Assembly (NCBI RefSeq): GCF_029211265.1
Contig: NZ_JARGEL010000021.1
Span: 1-24,000, forward strand
Reading direction: 5' to 3'
Source of the DNA: Extensimonas soli
Lineage (GTDB): Bacteria > Pseudomonadota > Gammaproteobacteria > Burkholderiales > Burkholderiaceae_C
DNA: 24,000 nt
Shown in pieces: positions 1-8,389 of the stretch (positions are counted from its first letter, which is position 1; each line of letters begins with the position of its first letter). The notes beneath the pieces are model-generated. The model was not told where the DNA came from. It did not search any database and worked only from the letters and a program-made list of their open reading frames with translations. The position numbers and the translations under genes were made by a program.

Positions 1-236
1 GCCGAAGATGTAGACTTATCCACAATCCAGACAGCCATTTGACCGTCAATTCAGTGGCTCAATTTTGGTTCGGAAGCCGGCTCACTTTGTTTCTGGAATC
101 AACACCTCGATGTAAGCGCCTCCCCATCGATATGAAACTGCTCTTGAACGGGCAGGATGGGACAGGGCACTGACGTCCTCATGGCCCACCGGCCTTGCGC
201 ATGGCTGTGTGTTCACCTTGGCCACTCGGCCCGCCA

Positions 237-253
237 TGCACCAAGATGACGCA
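237..253 (+). promoter_or_regulatory. Possible NtrC-type enhancer site upstream of the urtA sigma-54 promoter
   Basis: TGCACCAAGATGACGCA resembles the NtrC consensus TGCACCA-N3-TGGTGCA: the left half is perfect and the right half matches 5/7. It lies about 140-150 bp upstream of the -24/-12 element. Single site, imperfect. Confidence 0.3.
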
Positions 254-388
254 AAAGGCCGTGCCCCGCCACGATGCAGCGCGACGGGGTGAGCGTCATT
301 CAGACTCTCGATCGATGCACGCGAAGCAGTGCACGGCAACCCTCGGGCGCCGCAGCCATGCCCTGCGCCAGCCGACGGCGCGCGGAGC

Positions 389-404
389 TGGCACGTGCTT
401 TGCG
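389..404 (+). promoter_or_regulatory. Sigma-54 (-24/-12) promoter for urtABCDE
   Basis: TGGCAC-GTGCT-TTGCG matches the RpoN consensus TGGCAC-N5-TTGCW exactly in spacing and core GG/GC. It lies about 70 bp upstream of the preferred urtA ATG (473). Nitrogen-regulated urt operons are commonly NtrC/RpoN dependent. Confidence 0.6.
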
Positions 405-472
405 TGGGCGCAGGTGCAAGCCGATTCTGGCTTCGCACCTCTGATCCACCCCATTTTCTGGAGTCTGCACCC

Positions 473-1756
473 ATGAAGCGTCGTTCCACTCTCCATGCCC
501 TGGCCCTGGCCTCGGTCCTTGCAAGCGGTTTCGCCACTCCTGCGCTGGCCCAGTCCGGCGGCACGATCAAGGTCGGCGTGTTGCACAGCCTCTCGGGCAC
601 CATGGCGATTTCGGAAACCGTGCTCAAGGACACGGTGCTCATGGCCATAGACGACATCAACGCCAAGGGCGGCGTGCTCGGCAAAAAGCTCGAGCCGGTG
701 GTGGTCGATCCGGCTTCCAACTGGCCGCTGTTTGCCGAAAAGGCCAAGCAGTTGCTCACGCAGGACAAAGTGGCCGTGGTGTTTGGCTGCTGGACTTCGG
801 TGAGCCGCAAGTCGGTGCTGCCCGTGTTCGAGGAAAACAACGGCCTGCTGTTCTACCCTGTGCAGTACGAGGGCGAGGAGCTGTCCAAAAACGTGTTCTA
901 CACCGGCGCCGCGCCCAACCAGCAGGCCATTCCGGCGGTGGAGTATTTGATGAGCAAGGAGGGCGGTGGGGCCAAGCGCTTTGTGCTGCTGGGCACGGAC
1001 TACGTCTATCCGCGCACCACGAACAAAATCCTGCGCGCCTTCCTCAAGACCAAGGGCGTGAAGGATGCCGACATCATGGAAACCTATACACCCTTTGGCC
1101 ACAGCGACTACCAGACCATCGTGGCCGACATCAAGAAGTTCAGCCAGGGTGGCAAGACGGCGGTGGTCTCGACCATCAACGGCGACTCGAACGTGCCGTT
1201 CTACAAGGAGCTGGGCAACGCGGGTCTGAAGGCCAAGGACGTGCCGGTGGTGGCCTTCAGCGTGGGTGAGGAAGAGCTGCGCGGCGTGGATGCCAAGCCG
1301 CTCGTCGGGCACCTGGCGGCGTGGAACTACTTCATGAGCGTGAAGAACCCGACCAATGCGGCCTTCATCAAGCAGTGGAGCGCATACGCCAAGGCCAAGA
1401 GCATTCCCGGCCACAAGGACAAACCGCTGACCAACGACCCGATGGAGGCCACCTGGATCGGCATCCACATGTGGAAGCAGGCCGTGGAAAAGGCCAAGAG
1501 CACCGATGTCGACAAGGTCATTGCCGCGATGGCCGGGCAGACCTTCCAGGCGCCCGACGGCTTCCTTGTGAAGATGGATGAGAAGAACCACCACCTGCAC
1601 AAGCCGGTGATGGTGGGCGAGATCCGCGCCGACGGCCAGTTCAACGTGGTCTGGAAGACCAAGGGCCCGATCAAGGCCCAGCCCTGGAGCCCTTACATCG
1701 AGGGCAACGACAAGAAAAAGGACGAGCCTGACGGCAAGACCAAAACCGGCAGCTGA
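473..1756 (+). CDS. urtA: Urea ABC transporter, periplasmic urea-binding protein UrtA
   Basis: The track ORF is 329..1756. I prefer the in-frame ATG at 473, which has GGAG 9 nt upstream and yields the signal peptide MKRRSTLHALALASVLASGFATPALA. UrtA-type motifs are present (IKVGVLHSLSGTMAISE, FGCWTSVSRKSVLPVFE, LFYPVQYEGEE). It is the first gene of a urtABCDE-ordered cluster. Confidence 0.9.
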   Translation: MKRRSTLHALALASVLASGFATPALAQSGGTIKVGVLHSLSGTMAISETVLKDTVLMAIDDINAKGGVLGKKLEPVVVDPASNWPLFAEKAKQLLTQDKVAVVFGCWTSVSRKSVLPVFEENNGLLFYPVQYEGEELSKNVFYTGAAPNQQAIPAVEYLMSKEGGGAKRFVLLGTDYVYPRTTNKILRAFLKTKGVKDADIMETYTPFGHSDYQTIVADIKKFSQGGKTAVVSTINGDSNVPFYKELGNAGLKAKDVPVVAFSVGEEELRGVDAKPLVGHLAAWNYFMSVKNPTNAAFIKQWSAYAKAKSIPGHKDKPLTNDPMEATWIGIHMWKQAVEKAKSTDVDKVIAAMAGQTFQAPDGFLVKMDEKNHHLHKPVMVGEIRADGQFNVVWKTKGPIKAQPWSPYIEGNDKKKDEPDGKTKTGS

Positions 1757-1775
1757 GCGATGGCTGGCGCAGGCC

Positions 1776-1827
1776 GGCGCCGCACACGCTGCGACTCTGC
1801 GCGTGGCGCGCGGTGGCCCGCGGCGCC
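1776..1827 (+). terminator. GC-rich stem-loop between urtA and urtB (possible partial terminator/attenuator)
   Basis: A perfect 8-bp outer stem, GGCGCCGC (1776-1783) / GCGGCGCC (1820-1827), encloses an inner CACGC (1785-1789) / GCGTG (1801-1805) pair. A short T-run follows about 10 nt later. Such structures often set the binding-protein to permease expression ratio in ABC operons. The T-tract is weak. Confidence 0.3.
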
Positions 1828-1847
1828 GCACCAATGCTTTTGAAACA

Positions 1848-1890
1848 ATAGCTGCTAGCGCAGTCTCCATCTGCGCAAACGGCCAATTTT
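1848..1890 (+). repeat. Copy A of a roughly 43-bp intercistronic backbone repeat (ATAGCTGCYAGCGC-N7-ATCTGCGCAAA..GCCA..TTTT)
   Basis: ATAGCTGCTAGCGCagtctccATCTGCGCAAAcgGCCAaTTTT ends 13 nt before the urtB ATG. It is near-identical in core and spacing to copy B at 5656-5697. Confidence 0.6.
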
Positions 1891-1902
1891 GCTGAAAATT
1901 GT

Positions 1903-3516
1903 ATGTCCATCCTGCCCGACTTCGTTCGCCGCTGGCGTGGCGCCCGCCTGGCCTGCGCCGTGCTGCTGAGCCTGCTGGGCGCCGTGCCGGCCTGGGCGCT
2001 CACGGCCACGCAGGCGCTGCAGATGGCCACGGGCGACACCGAAGCGCGCATCGCGGCGATCAATGCGGCCCTGCCCGACGCCGACGAGCGCACCCGCGCC
2101 TTCCTCGACGCGCTGGCCAACGACGCCGTCAAGGCCACGGAGCATGCCGCCTACGTGATGGACGGGGACGGCGCGCAGGCGCACGACCCCGTCACCGGCG
2201 CGCCCGTGGCGCTGCCCGTCGACGCAGAGGACGTGATCAACAACAACGCGCTGCGCGCCGTGCTCGACACCGCGCGCGCGGCCCTGCAATTGCGCAGCAG
2301 CGACGAGGCCGCGCGCGCCGCGGCGGCCGACGCACTCATGAAAGACCCAGCCGAGGCGCGCCTGCCGCTGATCGAGCAAGCCCTGGCGCAAGAGCAGAGC
2401 AGCCGCGTGCGTGCCCGACTGGAGCTGGCGCGTGCCACCACCTTGCTCGCAAGCCCGGACGCGGCGCACCGCCTGCAGGCCGCGCAACTGCTGCAGCAGG
2501 CGCGCGACCCCGACATCAAGCTGCTGCTCAATGAACAACTCGGGCGCGAGGACGACCCCAAGGTCAAGGCCGCCATCGCCGCCGCCATCGCCCACATCGA
2601 CGCGGGCCTGGCCTGGGGCGAGCGCCTGGGCGTGCTGTTCACCGGGCTCAGCCTGGGCTCCATCCTGCTGCTCGCGGCGCTCGGGCTGGCCATCACCTAC
2701 GGGTTGATGGGCGTGATCAACATGGCGCACGGCGAGCTCATCATGGTGGGCGCCTACGCCACCTACGTGGTGCAGGCGTTGTTTCAGCGCTACCTGCCCG
2801 CGGGCGCCTTTGACTGGTATCTGGTGGCCGCCGTACCCATCGCGTTTGGCGCGGCGGCGCTCGTGGGCGCGGTGCTCGAACGCGGCGTGATCCGCTTTTT
2901 GTACGGCCGCCCGCTCGAAACCTTGCTCGCCACCTGGGGCATCAGCCTGATGCTGATCCAGGCCGTGCGCTCGCTTTTCGGCGCGCAGAACGTGGGCGTG
3001 GAAAACCCCGCGTGGATGAGCGGCGGCTGGCAGGCGCTGCCCAACCTGATGCTGCCCTACAACCGGCTGGTCATCATCGCGTTTGCGGCGGCGGTGCTCG
3101 CGGGCGTGGCCTTTTTGATCGCCCGCACGCGGCTCGGGCTGTTCGTGCGCGGCGTGACGCAAAACCGCGCCATGGCCGCCTGCATGGGCGTGAACACCGC
3201 GCGCACAGACACCTACGCCTTCGCGCTCGGCTCGGGCATCGCCGGGCTGGCGGGCTGCGCGCTCAGCCAGGTGGGCAACGTGGGGCCTGACCTGGGGCAG
3301 AGCTACATCGTCGATTCGTTCATGGTGGTGGTGCTGGGCGGCGTGGGGCAGCTGGCGGGCACGGTGGTGGCTGCGCTGGGCCTGGGGCTGGCGAACAAGC
3401 TGCTCGAAGGCTGGGCCGGCGCGGTGCTGGCCAAGATCGCCGTGCTGGTGTTCATCATCGTCTTCATCCAGAAACGCCCGCAAGGCCTGTTTGCCCTGAA
3501 AGGACGCGAGGCATGA
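1903..3516 (+). CDS. urtB: Urea ABC transporter permease UrtB with a long N-terminal periplasmic helical-repeat extension
   Basis: 537 aa. The C-terminal ~295 aa is a LivH-type branched-chain/urea permease domain (LGLAITYGLMGVINMAHGE..., multiple TM segments). The N-terminal ~240 aa is a signal peptide plus Ala/Asp/Leu-rich HEAT-like repeats. The stop overlaps the urtC start (ATGA). Confidence 0.9.
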   Translation: MSILPDFVRRWRGARLACAVLLSLLGAVPAWALTATQALQMATGDTEARIAAINAALPDADERTRAFLDALANDAVKATEHAAYVMDGDGAQAHDPVTGAPVALPVDAEDVINNNALRAVLDTARAALQLRSSDEAARAAAADALMKDPAEARLPLIEQALAQEQSSRVRARLELARATTLLASPDAAHRLQAAQLLQQARDPDIKLLLNEQLGREDDPKVKAAIAAAIAHIDAGLAWGERLGVLFTGLSLGSILLLAALGLAITYGLMGVINMAHGELIMVGAYATYVVQALFQRYLPAGAFDWYLVAAVPIAFGAAALVGAVLERGVIRFLYGRPLETLLATWGISLMLIQAVRSLFGAQNVGVENPAWMSGGWQALPNLMLPYNRLVIIAFAAAVLAGVAFLIARTRLGLFVRGVTQNRAMAACMGVNTARTDTYAFALGSGIAGLAGCALSQVGNVGPDLGQSYIVDSFMVVVLGGVGQLAGTVVAALGLGLANKLLEGWAGAVLAKIAVLVFIIVFIQKRPQGLFALKGREA

Positions 3517-4727
3517 CGCGCGACGCCAGCTCTTTGCCAGCCGCTGCGTCGGCCAATCCCGCCGCGCCCCCCGCACGTCCGCCGGCCCGCCCAGCCACGA
3601 CGCCCGTCACCCTGCCGGCGCGCGCGCCGCTGCTCTCGCGCGCGGGCTGGGCGGCGTTTTTTGCGGCGCTCATCCTCGTGTGCGCCGTGGCGCCAGTGCT
3701 CAATCTGCTCGTGCCCGCGGATAGCGTCTGGCACCTGTCGGACTACCTGCTCGGGCTTTTGGGCAAGATCATGTGCTACGCCATCTGCGCGCTGGCCATG
3801 GACCTGATCTGGGGCTACACCGGCATCCTGAGCCTGGGGCACGGCCTCTTTTTTGCGCTCGGCGGCTACGTGATGGGCATGTACCTGATGCGCCAGATCG
3901 GCCGCGACGGCAACTACCACAGCGACCTGCCCGACTTCATGGTCTTCCTCGACTGGAAGACGCTGCCCTGGCACTGGGCGCTGTCGGACAGCTTCATTGC
4001 CACGCTGGTGCTGGTAGTGGCGGTGCCGGGGCTGCTCGCGCTGGTGTTCGGCTGGTTTGCGTTCCGCTCGCGCATCAAGGGTGTGTATTTCTCCATCATC
4101 ACGCAGGCCATGACCTACGCGGCCATGCTGCTTTTCTTCCGCAACGAAACCGGCTTTGGCGGCAACAACGGCTTTACCGACTTCAAGCGCATTCTGGGCC
4201 TGCCGCTGGCCACGCCGCAGATGCGCATGGCGCTGTTCGTGCTCACGGGGCTCGCGCTGCTGGGCTTTTACCTGCTGGCGCGCGCGCTGGTGCGCAGCAA
4301 GTACGGGCGCGTGCTGCAAGCCCTGCGCGACGCCGAAAGCCGCGTCATGTTCTGCGGCTACGCGCCGCTGCCCTACAAGCTCAGCGTGTGGGTGCTCAGC
4401 GCCATGATGTGCGGCGTGGCCGGCGCGCTGTACGTGCCGCAGGTGGGCATCATCAACCCCGGCGAGATGAGCCCTGCGAGCTCGATCGAGATCGCCGTCT
4501 GGACGGCCGTGGGCGGACGCGCCACGCTCGTGGGCCCCATCGTGGGCGCGTTTCTGGTCAACGGTGCCAAGAGCTGGCTCACCGTCACCGCGCCTGAAGT
4601 CTGGCTGTATTTTCTGGGTGCGCTCTTCATTGCCGTGACCTTGTTCCTGCCGCAGGGCGTGCTGGGCCTGCTGCGCGCGCCGGGCCCGGCCCTGCGGCGC
4701 ATCGCCTTCTGGAGGGCCAGGCCATGA
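3513..4727 (+). CDS. urtC: Urea ABC transporter permease UrtC
   Basis: 404 aa LivM-type permease (IWGYTGILSLGHGLFFALGGY..., many TM helices). It is translationally coupled to urtB and urtD through ATGA overlaps at both ends. Confidence 0.9.
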   Translation: MTRDASSLPAAASANPAAPPARPPARPATTPVTLPARAPLLSRAGWAAFFAALILVCAVAPVLNLLVPADSVWHLSDYLLGLLGKIMCYAICALAMDLIWGYTGILSLGHGLFFALGGYVMGMYLMRQIGRDGNYHSDLPDFMVFLDWKTLPWHWALSDSFIATLVLVVAVPGLLALVFGWFAFRSRIKGVYFSIITQAMTYAAMLLFFRNETGFGGNNGFTDFKRILGLPLATPQMRMALFVLTGLALLGFYLLARALVRSKYGRVLQALRDAESRVMFCGYAPLPYKLSVWVLSAMMCGVAGALYVPQVGIINPGEMSPASSIEIAVWTAVGGRATLVGPIVGAFLVNGAKSWLTVTAPEVWLYFLGALFIAVTLFLPQGVLGLLRAPGPALRRIAFWRARP

Positions 4728-5608
4728 CGCCAGACCTCTTGGACGAAGGCGCGGCGCGCCTGCAAGCGCACCAGCGTGCCAGCGCGCAGGGCAAGACCGC
4801 ATCGGGCGGGCGCAGCGCCAGCTACGGGCGGCCGGCGCAGGCTGGCGAGGTGGACGTGACGCACGGGCGCATCTTGTACCTCGAAGACGTGTGCGTGAGC
4901 TTCGACGGCTTTCAGGCCATCAAGCACCTGAACCTGGACATCGCCCCCGGCGAGTTGCGCTGCATCATCGGCCCCAACGGCGCGGGCAAGACGACGATGA
5001 TGGACATCATCACCGGCAAGACCCGCCCCGACAGCGGCAGCGTGTTTTTCGGCAGCACCATCGACCTGCTGCGCCACACCGAGCCCGAGATCGCCGCTCT
5101 GGGCATAGGCCGCAAGTTCCAAAAGCCCACGGTGTTCGAGGAACTCAGCGTGTTCGAAAACCTCGAGCTCGCGCTCAAGACCGACAAGCGCGTGCCCGCG
5201 TCGCTGCGCTTTCGGCTCGACGCGGCGCAGGCCGACCGGCTCGCCGAAGTGCTGCACACCATCCAGCTGGCCGAGCAATGCACGCGCCAGGCGGGCCTGT
5301 TGAGCCACGGGCAAAAGCAGTGGCTCGAAATCGGCATGCTGCTCGTGCAAGAGCCGCGGCTGCTGCTGCTCGACGAGCCCGTGGCCGGCATGACAGACGA
5401 GGAAACCGCGCGCACCGCCGAGCTGTTTTTGTCGCTGCGCGGCAAACACTCGCTGATGGTGGTGGAGCACGACATGCACTTCATCCGCGCCATTGCAGGC
5501 ACGCACGGCATCGTCACCGTGCTGGCCGAAGGCAGCGTGCTGGCGCAAGGCACGCTCGACGCCGTGCAGGCCGACGAGCGCGTGATCGAGGTCTATCTGG
5601 GGCGCTGA
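4724..5608 (+). CDS. urtD: Urea ABC transporter ATP-binding protein UrtD
   Basis: Walker A GPNGAGKTT, signature-like LSHGQKQWLEIG, Walker B LLLLDEP. It occupies the position after urtC. Confidence 0.9.
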   Translation: MTPDLLDEGAARLQAHQRASAQGKTASGGRSASYGRPAQAGEVDVTHGRILYLEDVCVSFDGFQAIKHLNLDIAPGELRCIIGPNGAGKTTMMDIITGKTRPDSGSVFFGSTIDLLRHTEPEIAALGIGRKFQKPTVFEELSVFENLELALKTDKRVPASLRFRLDAAQADRLAEVLHTIQLAEQCTRQAGLLSHGQKQWLEIGMLLVQEPRLLLLDEPVAGMTDEETARTAELFLSLRGKHSLMVVEHDMHFIRAIAGTHGIVTVLAEGSVLAQGTLDAVQADERVIEVYLGR

Positions 5609-5655
5609 GCGCCGTGCGACGCACCCAGGGCAGGGCGCCGAATGCAATCATCGTG

Positions 5656-5697
5656 ATAGCTGCCAGCGCTTGATATATCTGCGCAAAAGCCACTTTT
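5656..5697 (+). repeat. Copy B of the intercistronic backbone repeat
   Basis: ATAGCTGCCAGCGCttgatatATCTGCGCAAAaGCCAcTTTT ends 14 nt before the urtE ATG. It has the same orientation and the same distance to the downstream start as copy A. Confidence 0.6.
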
Positions 5698-5710
5698 CAT
5701 CCATAAAGCC

Positions 5711-6415
5711 ATGCTCGAAGTCCAGCACCTCCACCAGTATTACGGCGGCTCGCACATCCTGCGCGACGTGAGCCTGAGCGTCGCCCCCGGCCAGGTCACC
5801 GTGCTGCTGGGGCGCAACGGCGTGGGCAAGACCACGCTGCTCAAGAGCCTCATGGGTCTGGTGGCTATCAAAACCGGCAGCATCCACTTCGCCGGTCAGC
5901 CCATCCACCAGGCCACGCCCTACCAGCGCGCCCGCGCCGGCATAGGCTACGTGCCGCAGGGCCGCGAGATTTTTGCGCGCCTGACGGTGGAGGAAAACCT
6001 GCGCATGGGGCTGGCCTACAAAAGCGCAGCCACGCCCATCCCGCCGCAGCTGTTCGAGCTCTTCCCCGTGCTCAAGGACATGCTGCAGCGGCGCGGTGGC
6101 GACCTCTCGGGTGGCCAGCAGCAGCAACTGGCCATCGCCCGCGCCCTCGCCCCCGGCCCGCGCCTGCTGATCCTCGACGAGCCGACCGAGGGCATCCAGC
6201 CCTCCATCATCAAAGACATAGGCCGCGTCATCCGCACCCTGGCCGCGCACGGTCTCGACGGCCAGCCCATGGGCATTTTGCTGTGCGAGCAGTATTACGA
6301 CTTCGCCGAATCGCTGGCCGACCACTACCTCGTGATGGAACGCGGCGAAATCATCGCGCGCGGGTTGGGAGGGGAAATGCGGGAGAAGGGGGTTCGGGGG
6401 TTGGTGGCGATTTGA
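5711..6415 (+). CDS. urtE: Urea ABC transporter ATP-binding protein UrtE
   Basis: Walker A GRNGVGKTT, signature LSGGQQQQLAIARAL, Walker B LLILDEPTEG. It is the last gene of the urt cluster. Confidence 0.9.
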   Translation: MLEVQHLHQYYGGSHILRDVSLSVAPGQVTVLLGRNGVGKTTLLKSLMGLVAIKTGSIHFAGQPIHQATPYQRARAGIGYVPQGREIFARLTVEENLRMGLAYKSAATPIPPQLFELFPVLKDMLQRRGGDLSGGQQQQLAIARALAPGPRLLILDEPTEGIQPSIIKDIGRVIRTLAAHGLDGQPMGILLCEQYYDFAESLADHYLVMERGEIIARGLGGEMREKGVRGLVAI

Positions 6416-6589
6416 TTTGCTGGCGGGAGATTTTGGACTTGGTGGGTTTTGAAATTGCGGGGCGTGAGCTCAATGTTGTGGAAGGTGGGCTGCTAATCGC
6501 TGATTCCGTCGAAGATAATGGGTTGAGGCTTTTGGTGGGAATGGAATCTCAAACATGGAGATCCGATGAGCCTCGGGTGCAATGGCATA

Positions 6590-7111
6590 TTAGACAGCCT
6601 TTTCCCAGGTTCCTACCCCGTTAAATCCGTCGCGAGGGAATATCGTGATGGGATGTGTTGCGACATATTTTCTGCCTTCTAAATCCCGGTAATAAATCTT
6701 GACTTCGGCACTGGCCCCGTATTGAAGTTGGGGCTTTCCTGCGCCCGACTCACTGGCGCTTCCAAGACCTGCCTTGAGTGTTTCGCCGTTACGGATTATT
6801 GGAATCGTGGTTTCTTCCTTGAAGCAGTCATGCAGCAACTTGCGTTCATGTTGGCTGGCGTTTGGATCAATCAATTTTTCTAGTTCACTGGGCTTTATTC
6901 TTATGCTTATTCTCACTGCTGGCCTGCTGCCTGTATTTGAGATGCAGAAATTGAAGAGCGCAATACCCGCTCCGATTGAATCCTCTTCAACAAAGGCGCA
7001 TACGATCGGCCGATTTCCCTCTAGCCAATTGCGTCGTGTTAGCCATATGGAAATTAACGAAATAGCCAAGGCGGCAATGGTTGCGAGTGTTTTGTAGTCG
7101 TCTGCGGTCAT
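6590..7111 (-). CDS. Hypothetical N-terminally membrane-anchored protein on a small low-GC block
   Basis: 173-aa ORF in markedly AT-richer DNA than its flanks. It has one N-terminal TM helix (LATIAALAISLISIWL) followed by a beta-rich soluble domain. I recognise no family. Confidence 0.5.
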   Translation of the reverse strand: MTADDYKTLATIAALAISLISIWLTRRNWLEGNRPIVCAFVEEDSIGAGIALFNFCISNTGSRPAVRISIRIKPSELEKLIDPNASQHERKLLHDCFKEETTIPIIRNGETLKAGLGSASESGAGKPQLQYGASAEVKIYYRDLEGRKYVATHPITIFPRDGFNGVGTWEKAV

Positions 7112-7401
7112 CTTTGCAGTCTACCTAATGAAAAATCGCATAAATCGGTGAAAACTTGGGCCGGATTCCAATGATTTGCCGCCAAGGCCAACACTCCAAA
7201 GGCCGAGCGTAGCGATGGCCCATATGGTATTCCAAGCCCTTCTGCCTGCGCCGAGGAGCACAGCGCCCGGCGGGAGAAAGGCGCGCGATTGTTCGAGCGC
7301 AGCGAGTTTCGCGCGACCCCGCCGGGCGCATATCCCGGCATCAGCCACCTGCCCCATCACCTCCCCAAATAATTTGAATCTAACCCAATTTCCCCATGCT
7401 C

Positions 7402-8307
7402 CTACAACGCCCACACCCGTGGCGCAGTCGCCGGTCGTTGCCAGAAATGCGTCCGCCAGGCGGCGCGCAGCGCGCGGGCGAGGGCCATGGCGGGTTCGAC
7501 CTGGGGCGCGAGCATGCGCGCGAGCAGCAGTTGCGGGTGCGGGCTGGTGGCGCCGGCAGTGAGGGCGAGCGGGTGCGGGGCGATCACCGCACGCGCGGCG
7601 TCCAGCGCTGTTTCGCGCTGGGCGGGGGTCAGCGCCGTGCCGCTGGCAAAAAACACGCTTGCGAGGCAGCCGTGCCCAGCCAGGCCCAGCGGGCTGTGCA
7701 GCAGGTGCTGGTCGGCCGCGGCGATGGTGCCGCGCTCCAGCCAGACGCCGGGTATTTCGAGATGCTGCAGCAGGCGCCCCGATGCGGCAGGCGGCGCGGC
7801 GTCGGTCGGGTCGGGGGCATGGGCAGCGTGGACGGTATTCGCGGATGGTGTGGCCTGTGCGACGTGCGCGGGATCGGGCATCCAGCCCAACGCCGTCACG
7901 TCCCAGCCCAGACATTGCGCGCCGGGTTCGAGGGTGAGGCTGAGGTGGTTTTCGGCTTCGCTGGCGCGGTAGCACAGGGTTTCGAGCGGCAGCCATTCGA
8001 GGCGTGCGTCGGCTTGCAGCCGCAGTTGCGTGATCTGGCGCGCAGTCGCGCCTGCGCTGCGGTAAAAGCGCGTGGCGCCGGGGGTGGTGAGCAGGGCGTG
8101 CGTGCCGCTGGCTGCATCGACGGTGACTTGCAGCGTGTCGCCGCCCACGAGCCCACCCGGCGGGTGCACGAGCACGTTGTGGCAAATGTCTGCACCTTCG
8201 GGGTACAGACTTTGCAGGATGCGCAGCGGGCCCTGGTGGGTGTAGCGCGCCACGGTGCGCTGCGCTTGCAGGGTGTAGGCCAGGTGCAGGTGCGCGTGCC
8301 AGGTCAT
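7402..8307 (-). CDS. ureD: Urease accessory protein UreD (UreH)
   Basis: 301 aa with UreD-like blocks (LRILQSLYPEG...VLVHPPGGLVGGDTL, LLTTPGATRFYRS, EWLPLETL). It lies on the strand opposite to urt, and no ureA follows it. Confidence 0.85.
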   Translation of the reverse strand: MTWHAHLHLAYTLQAQRTVARYTHQGPLRILQSLYPEGADICHNVLVHPPGGLVGGDTLQVTVDAASGTHALLTTPGATRFYRSAGATARQITQLRLQADARLEWLPLETLCYRASEAENHLSLTLEPGAQCLGWDVTALGWMPDPAHVAQATPSANTVHAAHAPDPTDAAPPAASGRLLQHLEIPGVWLERGTIAAADQHLLHSPLGLAGHGCLASVFFASGTALTPAQRETALDAARAVIAPHPLALTAGATSPHPQLLLARMLAPQVEPAMALARALRAAWRTHFWQRPATAPRVWAL

Positions 8308-8326
8308 GCGGCGTTTACTATGAAAT

Positions 8327-8371
8327 ATGGAGCTTCCAACGCTTGATAAATAGGCGCTTGTGGTCGTTTTC
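8327..8371 (+). repeat. Copy C (diverged) of the intercistronic backbone repeat
   Basis: ATGGAGCTTCCAACGCTTGATAAATAGGCGCTTGTGGTCGTTTTC aligns with copy B with identical spacing through CGCTTGATA..AT..GCGC....G....TTTTC. It sits between the ureD start and the IS end. No downstream + strand gene remains. Confidence 0.45.
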
Positions 8372-8389
8372 GCTTGAATATTTTAGCCG

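Noticed and set aside
329-472. N-terminal 48-aa extension of UrtA given by the ORF track
   Set aside because: The extension would bury the signal peptide and would be translated across the sigma-54 promoter (389-404). The ATG at 473 has a GGAG RBS and starts a canonical signal peptide.
296-6325. Very long minus-strand ORFs overlapping urtA-urtE (296..1870, 1855..3576, 3303..4802, 4373..5647, 5648..6325) and many shorter internal ORFs
   Set aside because: They are antisense or out-of-frame to genes with unmistakable family signatures. Their translations are Arg/Ala/Gly/Pro-rich low-complexity strings typical of stop-codon-poor frames in high-GC DNA. They have no recognisable motifs.
7121-8346. 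ORFs 7121..8185 (-) and 7396..8346 (+), plus others overlapping ureD
   Set aside because: Shadow ORFs of the UreD frame (7402..8307). They have Arg/Pro-rich composition and no domain signatures.
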